From contig JBHGNT010000012.1 of NCBI GenBank assembly GCA_043228905.1, forward strand, positions 7,688,001 to 7,752,000: a stretch of DNA of 64,000 nt, in the 5' to 3' direction. Position 1 is the stretch's first letter; each line of letters begins with the position of its first letter. This document shows, in pieces, positions 1 to 11,817 of this stretch. Below the pieces are notes generated by a model, which was not told the DNA's origin, did not search any database, and saw nothing but the letters and a program-made list of their open reading frames with translations. Made by a program: the position numbers and the translations under genes. The DNA comes from Azolla caroliniana. Lineage: Eukaryota > Plantae > Polypodiophyta.

Positions 1-186
1 TATGTACGCCGTTGTCTTGATGTGCATCACCTCCCATATCGTGGCGTCGATTTTGTCCGGTCTCTTGTCCCCGAACTGAACCGGCAACCAAAGATCTTTA
101 ACCACGAGCATGTCCCTCATCTTCGACTTCCACACCGAATAGTTGGAGCTGGTGAGCTTGAACATGGCTCCCAACAAATCGTCCAT
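1..186 (-). CDS. gag: copia gag N-terminus (partial, truncated by window edge)
   Basis: Translated by hand: MDDLLGAMFKLTSSNYSVWKSKMRDMLVVKDLWLPVQFGDKRPDKIDATIWEVMHIKTTAYI. It has the LxxxNYxxW motif of copia gag and begins just after the PBS. Confidence 0.8.
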   Translation of the reverse strand, partial: MDDLLGAMFKLTSSNYSVWKSKMRDMLVVKDLWLPVQFGDKRPDKIDATIWEVMHIKTTAYI

Positions 187-201
187 TTTCTGTGTCGTTT
201 C

Positions 202-213
202 GCTCTGATACCA
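202..213 (-). promoter_or_regulatory. primer-binding site, tRNA-iMet (TGGTATCAGAGC)
   Basis: Plus strand gctctgatacca, 2 nt from the LTR end. Confidence 0.9.
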
Positions 214-617
214 CTTGACAGGAACTGCATGCTCCCTATACGCAATGCTCGGCCACAACCGAGCTTAGAATCATACACAAAAAACGGGAAATGCAAGCAC
301 GACACAATGGAGAGAAGAGTACACAGGATGTTTAACGTGGAAAACCCTGAGAGGGAAAAACCACGACAGTCCACTGACTGCTAACTATCACTATGTCACA
401 GTAATTACAACAGTGAGCTCACGGAGGCAACGACCTCGCGCTCATGATCTTCGCCACAGGCGGCGGTTACAACAAAGGCATCGACCTCTCTCTCTCTCTG
501 TACATTGTTACGTGCTCTAATCTTGTGCAAAACAAGAATGACAACAACTACTCAAAAGTTTGCCCTAAGTCATATTTATACTAATATGACTTTTTGGCTA
601 TTTACAAATATAGCCAT

Positions 618-941
618 CTGGTTCTCACCGGGTCTGCACCATTCGGCTCTCTGTAGCCGGGTACTCGTCATCCGGTTCTCACCGGGTCTGCACCATCCGG
701 TTGTCCGTAGCTGGGTTCTCCTCATCGGGTTCTCACCAGGTCTGCACCATCCGGATGTCCGTAGTCGGGTACTCCTCATCCGGTTCTCACTGGGTTTGCA
801 CCATCCGGTTGTCCATAGCCGAGTACTCCTTATCCGGTTCTCACCGGGTCTGCACCATCCGGTTGTCCATAGCCGGGTACTCCTCATCCGGTTCTCACCG
901 GGTCTGCACCATCCGGCTGTCCGTAGCCGGGTACTCGCTCA
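618..941. repeat. 54-bp tandem repeat x6 in U3 of the copia-A LTR
   Basis: Unit ccggttctcaccgggtctgcaccatccggttgtccgtagccgggtactcctcat. It produces the 18-aa periodicity seen in the overlapping ORFs. Confidence 0.95.
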
Positions 942-990
942 TCAGCACTGTTCTTCTCCCTTCCCATCCGGAGGGACCTGTCTCCCAACA

Positions 991-1922
991 CATATATCCC
1001 CCACGCTCACGAAACATCCAAAAATAAGGGTGAACATAATACGCAATTGAGGTATTGACCTCTAATGCATACAACACCAATCACATATCCTTTACATAGA
1101 AATCGAGACCTCAAACACATACGTAGCATATGTATGTGAACATAATACACAATTGAGGTATTAACCTCGTACACATACGACACGAATCACATATCAATTA
1201 TATGTCTAATGAGGTATTGACCTCATATACATATGTAAATGTTTTATACAACAAATTAATTACCACTACAACATCATTGAATCAATGAAAGAAAACACAT
1301 ATTAACTATACATGATTAGATTGGGTGAAGGAAGAATAGAAAAAAGAAGAAGAAAGAGTTACCGAAATTCCTTTGTTGATAGTACATCGATCAATCGTAC
1401 ATCGCTCGATCGCCATCCAACAAGAAAAAAAACAATCAACAAAAGAAACATGGCTCAGATACCAATTGTTAGAGCTTAGCTACTAATGTAAGCATATGAT
1501 AAGGATAAAAGATAGATAAATAAGAAAGGAGAGAGAGAAAGAGGGGTGCCGATCCACCCGACCAGCCCCGAGCGAAGGGAGCAAGACGGACTCGAGCCTC
1601 GATCGGCGTCCCATACCACCGTTGTGGCGTCGAGTCGTACCTGGCACTAGCATGCTCGCTACAAGAGTTGACCCACCACAATGTCAGAGTCTAGACGTAG
1701 TCAATAATGTGTCAAGTGAGGGTAGCTAGGCCTTATATTTATAGCTAGACCTAAGGCCCCCAAACAAGTTCACACGTGGCCTAATGGGTTGTCTCAATCC
1801 CAATGATTAAAAGTAATCCTCCCCTTCTTTACACTCTCGTTTAACCCTCACACTTTATCCACGTGTATAGAATACTACGATAAATTCTCAACACGGGATA
1901 TTATATGGTCATGCCCGTAATA
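991..1922 (-). mobile_element. 5' LTR (1467-1922), PBS (1453-1464) and leader of a Ty3/gypsy chromovirus-family element, interrupted by copia-A
   Basis: 1467-1922 aligns end to end with the LTR at 37391-37848 that flanks a chromodomain integrase. The adjacent gctcagatacca is a tRNA-iMet PBS with one mismatch. The leader has repeated gaacataatac(g/a)caattgaggtatt blocks. Confidence 0.8.
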
Positions 1923-1929
1923 GGGTACA

Positions 1930-2295
1930 TTCTAGCTGAGCTCATGGTCGAACAAAAGCCGATCATGCTAGTGGAGCGGACGATAGCCTCGTCACGAGGG
2001 GGCAAAGGAGATAAGTCGGGAGGAATTGGTAGTTGCACGGATTAGACAACTCAAGCGGAGGCCTGAGGATGTGGAACGAGCAATGATGAGGATAGAAGAG
2101 GTGAGGAAGAAGAACAAGGGCCAGTGTGACCGGCCGCAGAAGATCGAGGAAGGCAACTGGGTGCTGGTCTACGACAACAACCTCGACAACTAGCACCGGT
2201 CGACCCAGAAGTTTTCACGATGATGGTTCGGGCCATATGTGGTGACAAGTGCCAACAACAATGTGACGTACCATTTAGCCGAGCTCGACGGGATG
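1930..2295 (+). pseudogene. Ty3/gypsy integrase C-terminal (GPY/F) fragment
   Basis: Translation KIEEGNWVLVYDNNLDN*HRSTQKFSR*WFGPYVVTSANNNVTYHLAELDG: GPY/F motif with stop codons. Confidence 0.75.
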
Positions 2296-2705
2296 ATGAA
2301 AGTGTTGTCGGTTTGAGACCCGAGCTTTGTCGTTTCTTCCCTTTTCTCTTCTGTGCTCAGTTCGGGAAGAAGGTGGAGTCCTCTGCTTGCGTAGGAAGCC
2401 CGTGTGCTCCGACCAAAGGCCCGTCATTCTGAGAGTGTGTGCGTGTGTAGAGCTCGAAGTTCTACCGTCGGCCGCAACCGGTTGTACTCTCTCTCTGTTC
2501 TCTGATTTATCATTAATTTACTGAGTCTCTCCGTGTGTTGTACATCCTCGTGTTCTTATCTCTGTTATGTGTCCGTTCGTGCGTGCGTATCCGAGTACAT
2601 GAACACGTGAGCTCTTTGCTGCTATCCGGCAACCGGTCTGGAATGGTATTCGATTCTAAGCCCATTGTCACAATGTTTCACATGCGTGTGTCGCTTGAAC
2701 GGGAT

Positions 2706-3580
2706 TGTCGGGGCCTTGGACCAAGGAGACAAAAGTAGTGAGGAAGTGCGAGATTAAGATAAAGACATGAGGAAATATACATAATTTTTTATATAAATTA
2801 GGGTTGTTTTTTTTTTTTTTTTACAATTGTTAGGCTTGACACCACGATTTTGGTGGTTATTACAATAATCGGTTATAAATCAACCAAAGGGGCTAAAATA
2901 AACCGGCGAAGATGAGTCTAACTACTTCTGACAGCTATGTTGCCTCGATTCGGAGTAGCTCTTGTGCCACTACAACCTCCCTTACGCCACTGGCTACCGA
3001 GTTGACTACCACCGAGATGCCAAAGAAGTTGATGTATAAGGAATCGAAGCCCTAAACTCTCGAGTAAGAAGTAGAATAGAATCTAAACTCATAAACCCTA
3101 AAAACCTAAGTCCTCTAGTATGTTGAGAAGAAAAGAAGAAGCTCTCAAACCCTAACCCGAGAAGGAAAAGATGAAAGAGAAAGGGAGGCTACCAAACCCT
3201 AACCCTAGAAGAAGAGCAGAAGAAGATGAAACCTTAGTGGTACACCCCTAAGCCAAAATGGGTGACCCCATAATAAGCCCTATTCCTCCCCTCTTATAGA
3301 GGACAAAGGCGCCTATATTAACATTACATGCTTTTTTTATTTACTTTGTCATAAATAAGGAAGGGGAACAAAATACTCCTTGGTTTGCACCAAGAGAGAA
3401 TTCAACTCTACACCTCTCTATATATACTTATTAGGCCTAACCACTAGGCTACTATAAATTATCTATTATTATTAATTTTCATTTATACATGACTTTATGA
3501 GATGTGTGTGGAACCTCGCTCTTTCTCACACCGAACACGCCACACCATGACATCCACCCCCACCAAACTGCACATCCTCT
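2706..3580 (-). mobile_element. 3' LTR (~2706-3552) plus PPT of a 'TGTCGTG-terminus' gypsy family
   Basis: Ends ...ccatgaca at 3552 on plus. The adjacent minus-strand gaggatgtgcagtttggtgggggtgga matches the PPT region before the LTR at 22131. Shares blocks with 21323-21568. Left boundary uncertain. Confidence 0.65.
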
Positions 3581-4689
3581 GTCAAATACATTGGCATAAG
3601 GATGATATTTCGCCAGAAGTTGAACTAAGGATTCCTTCTTAGTATTGCTAAAAGGATGTACTGATATTGCAAATAGAAACATTGCTTCCTTGCGTCCTTC
3701 TTCGCGTAATTGATGGAGTGAAATGGTCAAAACTTGATGAGTAGATTCTCGAGGTTGTCGATACCGGACTTCTCTTGTTCTCCAATCTATGTTTGGATTA
3801 TGTAATTCAAACCAAGGTAATCCTAGGACAATGGGATGCTCTGGACTACTAATTATATCAAATGATACCACACACACAAAGCTACCTAGGACAACCTGAA
3901 TGGATTCTGACTCTTCTATAATATTCCCGGAAGCAATGGGACGACCATCAATTACTACAGATGCGGGGCAAGAAAGTTTTCTTAAGGATATCTGAGAAGC
4001 TTGGGCAAAATTCCGATCCATGAAACAGGAATTGGCTCTGGAATCTAAAAGTGCTAAGACGTGTACTAGAGGGGTACTTTTAGTACTAACCATGACTTGG
4101 GCTAAGAACACATTGCTAACTTGCTTAGAGGGAATGGAACCGCTAATGGGTTGCACAGATCTAGGGTTGTCCAACCAAACGGCTACTATTTTGGTTGGAC
4201 TCAGTCATTTAACTCTTCTTCTAATCGACTAAGGATTTCAAATTTGTTTGAGATTCCTGGGCTATCAATACTATTAATACTATCAGACACTCCTAAGGGA
4301 TTTGACTTGGGTTTAGTACAGGCTACAATTTTATTTACCTGTCTTCTTGGTCTATGGGGACAGTTGATTACGATATGCCTTGGTCCACCGCAATAAAGAC
4401 ATAATCGATTTGCACGTCGTCATTGCTTTTGTTCTTCCGATAACGGGCCACGTCGACGCATGGTGTCGATCTCCATTGGTGTCAGAGTATTTGCCTGAGA
4501 TACATCTCATGCAAACGGTTTAGTTGCGACCGAGGAGTATGTGGGCTCCGACCTAGGGCGTGGTACTTGTAATTGACGTTCCAAATGTCGTTCGAAGAGG
4601 CGGTTGTCATATTGGACCAATCGATTGATTGCCTTTGTAAGAGACTTTGGTTCTTCGGGGAAGGTTAAAAGTAAGTCTTTGACATCATT

Positions 4690-5355
4690 TCACAAGCCGT
4701 AGCGAAATTGCTCCATTAGTGCCTGATCATCCCAGGGGATATCTGAGGCGAGTAGACGGAAATCTGTTGCGTAGGTAGAGGTTGGACGATCACCTTGATG
4801 CAATCGTCGAATTTTGTTGATCGTCGTCCTGATGTTGTCGGTATCTCCAAAGCAGGTTTTAAACTCGCTAATAAAGTATTCAAAGTTATTATGCAAGGGC
4901 GATTGTTTTTCTAGAAGCGGAGCGAACCATGCCAAGGATGAGCCACTAAGCAACATGCCTATTAGGCCTACTCGGCATGCATCAATGGGGTATCGGGAAG
5001 GATGCATTTGAATGACTAAGCGTACCTGATTAAGGAACCCCCTGAATTGCGATCGCGCTCCATCGAATTTCACAGGAAGTCCAATCTTGGGCTCTTTATG
5101 AAATCCTTGGGGACTTGATCCTTGTTGTCGCAACGCTACGATGGTTGCTTCGAGTTGTTGTACATGTAACGCTAACTCCCCATGTTGTTGTTGCAATTGC
5201 CCATGTTGTTGCTGCATTTGCTGTTTTTCTAAAGAGATTTGTTGCAGATCCCCTAACAATCGTTGATTTTCTTGTTCCAATGCAACGAATTTTTCTTTTA
5301 GACACAGTAGCTTGGAAAAAACGGATTGATATTCTTGGGCACTAACAGTAGCCAT
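4690..5355 (-). pseudogene. gag: Ty3/gypsy gag (Tcn1/Tf-like), interrupted by a nonsense codon
   Basis: Coiled-coil N-terminus followed by the retrotransposon gag capsid region. TGA at 4690, with the frame continuing toward the CCHC knuckle. Confidence 0.8.
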
Positions 5356-5413
5356 AGTATTGGAAAAAAAGTGGTAAGAGGATGAGGGAAACCGAAAAGA
5401 AGACTAGAGGAGA

Positions 5414-5425
5414 AAATTGGTTCAA
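5414..5425 (-). promoter_or_regulatory. self-priming PBS (TTGAACCAATTT), complementary to the predicted transcript 5' end
   Basis: Located 2 nt inside the LTR end (5428), with no TGG tRNA-type start. Perfect reverse complement of minus-strand AAATTGGTTCAA at 21108..21097, which lies 33 nt downstream of TATAAAA in the same LTR. Confidence 0.75.
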
Positions 5426-5536
5426 ATTGTCAGGAATAGTACTAAAACAGAGAGAATTAGTACTGGAGAAGGGAAGTACTATTAGTACTAAGAGAACGGG
5501 ACTGCGTAAGACTCCCGAGAGAGGAAGAGAGAAAAG

Positions 5537-5972
5537 TGTTACCCGGCCGGCAAGAAGGCTTAAGGATGTCCAGACCAGACTGTGAAAGGAATAGTTTATT
5601 CGGGAACTGTTGTAATTATTTTATTAATATGGACGGACGGACCGGAATCGGTATGCCGATCCGGATCCAGACCGATTCCGAATAGGTGCCGATTGGCACC
5701 GTTTTGTACTTCGCACCAGAGACCTATATAAAGGCCCGGTTACAATGTAATTAACAACGGATAATTAATAAAACTTATTGCCTTAACCTTTCAGTATTGA
5801 TTACCGTTCTGTGCTTATTGTATATCTTACGCGTGTTAAGGATGCATTGTTAAGTAACCAATTAAGGTCTAATTAAGCGTTGTGTCACAAGTCATCTTGC
5901 CATAACACCCTTTGGTGAAGTGTCTTAAGTGGACACCCTGTGTTAGGCTGTTGTCCGGCCCGAGGATTAACA
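5537..5972 (+). repeat. 5' LTR of Athila-like copy 1
   Basis: Direct repeat of 20565-21000, TG..CA ends, cctatataaagg TATA box near 5724. Confidence 0.95.
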
Positions 5973-5979
5973 CAGTTTT

Positions 5980-5989
5980 TGGCGACCAC
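5980..5989 (+). promoter_or_regulatory. PBS, probably tRNA-Arg (TGGCGACCAC)
   Basis: Begins with TGG 7 nt after the LTR. Complementary to a tRNA ending ...GTGGTCGCCA, which I recall as plant tRNA-Arg. Confidence 0.65.
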
Positions 5990-6027
5990 GATTCCTGCAC
6001 AATCGTAGTGAACAGCGGCAGGAATGG

Positions 6028-9000
6028 ATGACTAGGCCAACAGACGACCCGGTTATGGAGAGAGCACGAAGACTTGCTGAACGGCGAAGGTGGCGGGAGG
6101 CTTTCCAGCAAGCAGCGGAAGAAATCCGATTGGATCGATCATTTTCCAAAGTGATCCGGAAAGTGGCGGAGGAGTCGCTCCGTTTGCAACAAAACACCTA
6201 CCCGGACGAAGGAAGCAGCTTAAGCAGCCTCCGGGAAGCGGAATCCCTTCTCCAGGCCTTGGCTGGAAGAGACGGCGAATCCGAAGCATTTTCAGCGCTG
6301 GAATCGGATTCGAAAGGGGGTTATAGTGCGCACACGAACTATCGCAACAATAACGACACCCCAGGAGGACCGGAGGACGAGGAGTCGGATACATTACCAA
6401 CACCGGAACTAGAGTTGTCAGACCGGGAACCCTCGACACTAGACGTGGAGCAACCTCCGGAGACGGAAGAAGACAAAGGAAGACCTTCGACACCGGAAGT
6501 CGAGCTGGCAACACCAAAGGAAGACCAGCAAAGACCTCCGACACCGACGGAACAGTAGGAAAGACCACTGACACCGCCAGCCCGCGTACCGACACCGAAC
6601 GAAGACATGCTGTTCCAGTACTCCAAGTATAGGGATGACCCGGATGCAGAGGCTCATGTTCACGTGTTTCAACAAACATGGGAGGCGAACCATGTGTCAC
6701 AACGGTTAACCGCGACCGAAGAGGAACGATCTAAGATAGCCGAATTCGGCCTGACAGGCCGCCAGATGGCACCGGACGCAGGACCCTAGCACCATCACCA
6801 CCTTTGCGGACCTGAAAGATAAATTCTTGCACTTCTTTCAGAAGGAGGTGGACCAGAGAGAAATGGTGGGCCTATTTTACACCATCCGGTAGGACCCCGG
6901 GGAGAGCATTCCGCAGTTTGTCATCCGGTTTCAGCGGATGCACAGTCAGCTTACCCGCGCACCTCCGGAGGAAGAAACACGGGCTATATTCTTAGTCGCG
7001 CTCTGGGAACCTCTACGAACGGTATGCACGGTCATCGACTTTCGCACAAGCACCGTCGACCAGGTCATCGACCAGGTTAGAGAAATGGAGAAAACGAGCT
7101 CTTGGCTAACAATGGGAGCCCTCCAACGAGCGTTACCAACCGATGAGGATCTCCGATTCCGGCAAGCAATCCAATGCACAACCTGCTTGAATTCCGGACA
7201 CTCGTCACTGGAGTGCACCATGCAGACGCACTGCTTACTCTGCCAATCTACGAGCCACACGATGGACCGGTGCGAATATAACTTATTGAATCGGCAAGCA
7301 CCACTAGTCCGGCAAATTGAGCCACGTAGCAGCCGAGACGAAGAAGACGAACGTTGGCGGCGAGAGGAGCGATATCGACCGACACAGGATGTCCGGTACA
7401 ACGATCTGCAAGACAACTATGACCGGTACAAGAGATATGACAGGTACCGAGATTACAATGGACGGTACAAGCATCACAACCGGGATCACTCCCCCAGGTA
7501 TCACCAACGACGGGAAGATTACGGGAGATATGACGTCCAACCCCGTCAAGGGTACCGCAACAAAAAGAAATTTAATAAAAAACGACATTTCAAAAAAGGG
7601 AGCCACCCATGTGAACCGGAAAAAGGCGCCTCAAGCAACCAACCGGACCAAAGCCCCGCGGTTACCACAGGTCCTCCACCGGGTACAGGAAATAATGCCG
7701 AATCCAGCAATACCCGGAAAGCATATTTCTATTATTGCCGGTAAGAAGGACATTATAGTAATCAATGTCCGACAAAGAGCTATGACAAGCGACCAGTAGT
7801 AAACATGATAGTTGCCGAAGTCACAGACCTGCAGTAGGTTACCACAAGGTCGAAGGGCAAGACGACGGAATGGGAGACACAAGAGGCCATCCGGAAGTAG
7901 GCAACGGAATGGGTGAAAAAGGCAAATGAGCGAAACGTAGCAGAATTTGCGCAGCAAAAGGAGAACACTGAAGAGCTTGCCGGCGGCAGTCAAACCGAAA
8001 ATGCGACATGGTAGGCATTGTAGGAGTGCTAGATCACGCTGCCATTAGGACGGCTCCTGCAACTAGTGCCCAGATTCACAGAAGGACTCAAGACAGGCAT
8101 GACGACAGGAGAAACACCACCAGCACCAACATTCTTCTCAAATCCGGAGGAGGGACCGGCGGTGGTAGACACGAACAGTCCGGCGATCACAGCCATCGTG
8201 AAGGGAAAGGAATTACCCGGAACAGTAATAGATGGAGGATCCGGCATCAATGTGATTAGCCTCCGAAGATGCACCACCTTGGGAATCCAAGAGTGGGAAC
8301 CATGCCCGTTCTAGCTACGAATGGCGGATACAAGCTTAGTACGACCGACCGGCTTAATACGAGATTTGGAAGTAACAATCGGCGGCCACACATTTCGCAT
8401 CTCGGCAATAGTGCTACAATTACAGGCACAAGGAGCTTACCCGCTATTATTGGGGCGGTCGTGGCTAAAAACGGCGCACATTAAACAAAATTGGAGAAAG
8501 AATATAATCACCTTCTGGCGGGGAAAAGCAAAAGTACGGGTACCGACACAACCACAGACGGGTACCGAGAAGGAATTAACACCCCTATATGCCGAATGTG
8601 TCAATATGCTGGATGGATTAGCAGACGAAGAGGTGGATCAATACTTGCAAGATAATCCGAAGATAGTACCCCTGTTCGAAATTGACGTAGTTGAAGTCGT
8701 ATCACCATACATACTGCCACCGGACGGAGCGAACGAAGAACCAAATAAAGAAGCGATCCGGGAGTTACGGCAAGCACAAGAAGCACTGGAAAGAGAAATG
8801 GCCGTATCAGAACGGGTTAAAGCATCCCAACTAGAGGAGGTAAATCTAGGAACTACGGAAGAGGCGAGACCGATGTAGATAGCCAAGGAAATGACTACGG
8901 AGAACAGAATGGCGATGATTACACTTCTCAAAGAGTTTCGGGACGTGTTTGTCTGGTCCTACGAGGATATGAGAGGGCTCGATCCTCAGCTCTATCAGCA

Positions 9001-11661
9001 TCGGATACATTTGAGCAAAGATGCCAAACTGGTAGCACAACGACGGTACCGGATGAATCCAAACTACGCCGCCAAAGTCAAGGAGGAAATCGACAAGTTG
9101 CTGAGAGTTGGCTTTATCCGTCCCATAAAGAAATCTACATGGCTGAGCCCGATAGTAGTCGTACCAAAGAAAAACGGCAAAATTAGAGTGTGTGTCGACT
9201 ACCAGAAGCTTAATGCGGCGACGGTAACTGATGCATTTCCACTTCCATTTACAGATGGAGTTTTGGACGCAATCACCGACCATGAGGTATACAGTTTTTT
9301 AGACAGATTCATTGGATACAACCAGATCCGGATGCACCCCGATGACCAGGAGAAAACGGCTTTCGTCATGGAATGGGGAGTGTTTGTTGCCGTAGTGATG
9401 ATGTTCGGACTCAAAACGGCGCCGACAACGTTCCAGAGGATCATCATGGAAATATTCGGAGAATTCATACCGGCGTTCATGTAGGTGTTCCTCGACGACC
9501 TCGCCATATACAGCCGAGAAGGAGACCACCTTCAGCACCTTCGACTGTGTCTAGAAAAGTGTAGGGCTTACCGGCTAAGCCTGAATTCGGCGAAGTGTGT
9601 ATTCAGCGTGTCAAGCGGAACGCTACTGGGGCACATTGTGAGCAAGGAGGGCATCATCGTGGATCCGGACAAAGTAAAAGCAATCCTGGAGGCACCGACG
9701 CCAACAACGGCAAAGGCATTGAGCCGTTTCTTAGGCCAAATTCGTTGGCATAGCCAAATGCTCCGGTATTTGGCGGATCTAGCTACACCACTGCATGTTG
9801 CGGTACACCGAAACCGTTCCAGTGGACCGACACCGAAGACAAAGCGTACCGGGCACTCGAAGTTCTATTATAACAAGCGCCGGTAGTGCAACCCCCGGAG
9901 TGGGCGAAGGAATTTCATGTGTTCGTGGATGCGTCTAACATTGCAATCGGGAGTGTGCTGATGCAACTTACGGAGCCAAGATGGTACTGGCCCGTATATT
10001 ACGCAAGCCAGAAGTTATCCCAAGTCGAACGAAATTATTCCACCACAGAAAGGGAAGCTTTAGGCATGATCTACAGCGTAACAAAATTCAGGCATTATTT
10101 ATTGGGAAAAAAGTTTTCCTTCCATGTAGATCATTCGACACTCCTCTACCTAGTGTCCAAAGCTTCACTTACCGGTAAGTTGGCCCGGTGGACTTTGCTA
10201 TTACAGGAATTCGAATTCGAGATATTCCACCGACTCGGCATACAGCACGTGGTAGCAGATTATTTAAGCCAGTTAGATTCTGGCGAAACCGGCGACGGAG
10301 TACCGGACGAGTTTCCGGATGCTGAGCTATTTCGAGTCACCGCGGAAACGGCAATAGATGAAACGGTGGCACCAGAAGATAAGTGGCTAACAAATATGCA
10401 CCAATTTCTGAGCACCGGATTGCCTCCGGAGGAGATGAACCGGGATGAGAGGAAACGTCTGGTGGTACAAAGCCGGCACTTCTGTTTATTACAGGACACG
10501 CTATACCACAAAGGTGCGGACGGTATATGGCGACGAGCGGTGCGCAGCGATGAGAAAGAGGTAATACTACGGGAAGCACATTGCGGAGTCACCGAAGGCC
10601 ATTATGCCGGGGATGCTACGGCAAGGAAGATATGGCAAAGTGGCCTATGGTGGTCGACTACATTGAAAGACGCAGTCCGGTACGTGAAAGAGTGTGATCT
10701 ATGCCAGCCAATGGGCCAGCCAACGAAACAAGCTAGGATGCCGCACCAGCCAGTACTACTGCTAGAACCATTTCAGAAATGGGGACTAGATTTTGTCAGA
10801 CCATTTAAACCACCGGCAATGAGAACTGGCAACCGGTATGTGATCGTCGCGACGGACTACTGCACTAAATGGGTGGAAGCCAAAGCCCTACGAGACAACA
10901 CCGCGGCGTCGACGGCAAAATTCTTATACGAATACATTTGGTGCCGGTATGGATACCCCATAGAGCTGATAAGCGACCAAGGAGGGCACTTTCTTCGACA
11001 GGTAGTGGAGAGCTTGACGTCATTCTATGCGGTAGTTCATAAACGGAGCACCCCGTACTAACCACAAGCCAACGGATTAGTTGAGTCAACAAACAAAACG
11101 CTACAGAATATCCTGCGCAAGATCTTCAATGAGAATCAGACAGATTGGGACACGAAGCTGCACAGTGCACTTTGGGCTTACCGGACGGCATACAAAACAA
11201 GCATCCGAACAACGCCATTCCGGTTAACATTCGGATTAAAGGCAGTCATGCCGGTTGAGTTCCAGGTACCGAGCTTACGGATCCAGATTCGGGAACGACT
11301 TAATGAAAAGGAATCGGAGGCAATTCGGTAAAAGGCTCTGTGTGAACTAGAAGAACACCGACTGGCGAGCATCATGTACCTGGAATTGGAACAACGGCGA
11401 CGGAAAGCGTTTGTAGATCGGCACCGGAAGGGAAACGAAAAGATGTTCGAAATCGGCAAGCCGGTACTAGTGTTCCAAACCCAGATGGGTAAAATGCCAG
11501 GCAAACTACGATTTAGATGGACCGGACCGTATTGGATCACACGCGAGTTCAATGGATCCTACCAGTTAGGGACACTTGCCGGCGAGGTGCTGGGTAAATG
11601 GGTCAACGGTTTTAGACTAAAGCCATATAGAGGACCTATGCCCAAGAACCCATTTGAATGA
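6028..11661 (+). pseudogene. pol: gag-pol polyprotein (gag, CCHC, aspartic protease, RT, RNase H, integrase) with many nonsense codons and two frameshifts
   Basis: Motifs CTTCLNSGHSSLEC, IDGGSGINV (protease), RVCVDYQKLN and FLDD (RT), FVDASNIAIG..YSTTEREALG (RNase H), zinc-binding H/H..CDLC, WGLDFV..ISDQG and WTGPY (integrase). The DEFPD linker after RNase H is Athila-like, and no additional RNase H is seen. Confidence 0.92.
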
Positions 11662-11817
11662 AGGGCCGACACCGAATCGGACGCCGGTAGGCCAACCAAG
11701 ACGGCAACCTGTGAGGAAAACGGCTACCACCAAGAACCCATTTGAATGAAGGGCCGACACCGAATCAGACGCCGGCAGGCCAACCAAGACGGCAACCTGT
11801 GAGGAAAACGGCTACCA
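11642..11817. repeat. 88-bp tandem duplication spanning the pol stop codon
   Basis: ccaagaacccatttgaatgaagggccgacaccgaatc... starts at both 11642 and 11730. Confidence 0.9.

Larger units (their letters stand above)
1..990 (-). mobile_element. Ty1/copia LTR retrotransposon 'copia-A', 5' end (5' LTR 216-990, PBS, start of gag); runs off the left edge
   Basis: LTR bounded TG..CA (plus strand tgacagg at 216 to ctcccaaca at 990). tRNA-iMet PBS at 202-213. Minus-strand ORF from ATG 186 reads MDDLLGAMFKLTSSNYSVWKSKMRDML, a copia gag N-terminus. The LTR is clearly homologous to the solo LTR at 49774-50629. Confidence 0.9.
3581..5536 (-). mobile_element. Tcn1/Tf1-like Ty3/gypsy remnant: gag, zinc knuckle, protease and the U5 part of the 5' LTR (5428-5536); 3' part deleted
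   Basis: ORF 5355..4690 is a Ty3-type gag (KEPKIGLPVKFDGARSQFRGFLNQV). CLYCGGPRHIVINC knuckle at ~4360-4400. Protease LLDSRANSCFMD...IVLGLPWF in ORF 4174..3479. The LTR resumes at 21006-21250 after the AAAAG-flanked insertion. Confidence 0.85.

Noticed and set aside
618-941. CRISPR-like array (also 36500-36780, 46311-46662, 50240-50562, 60576-60745)
   Set aside because: The units are contiguous tandem repeats without unique spacers, there are no cas genes, and the context is eukaryotic LTR sequence.
505-1050. ORFs with 18-aa repeats (and 50158..50544)
   Set aside because: By-product of a stop-free 54-bp repeat inside LTR U3. They are open in several frames on both strands.
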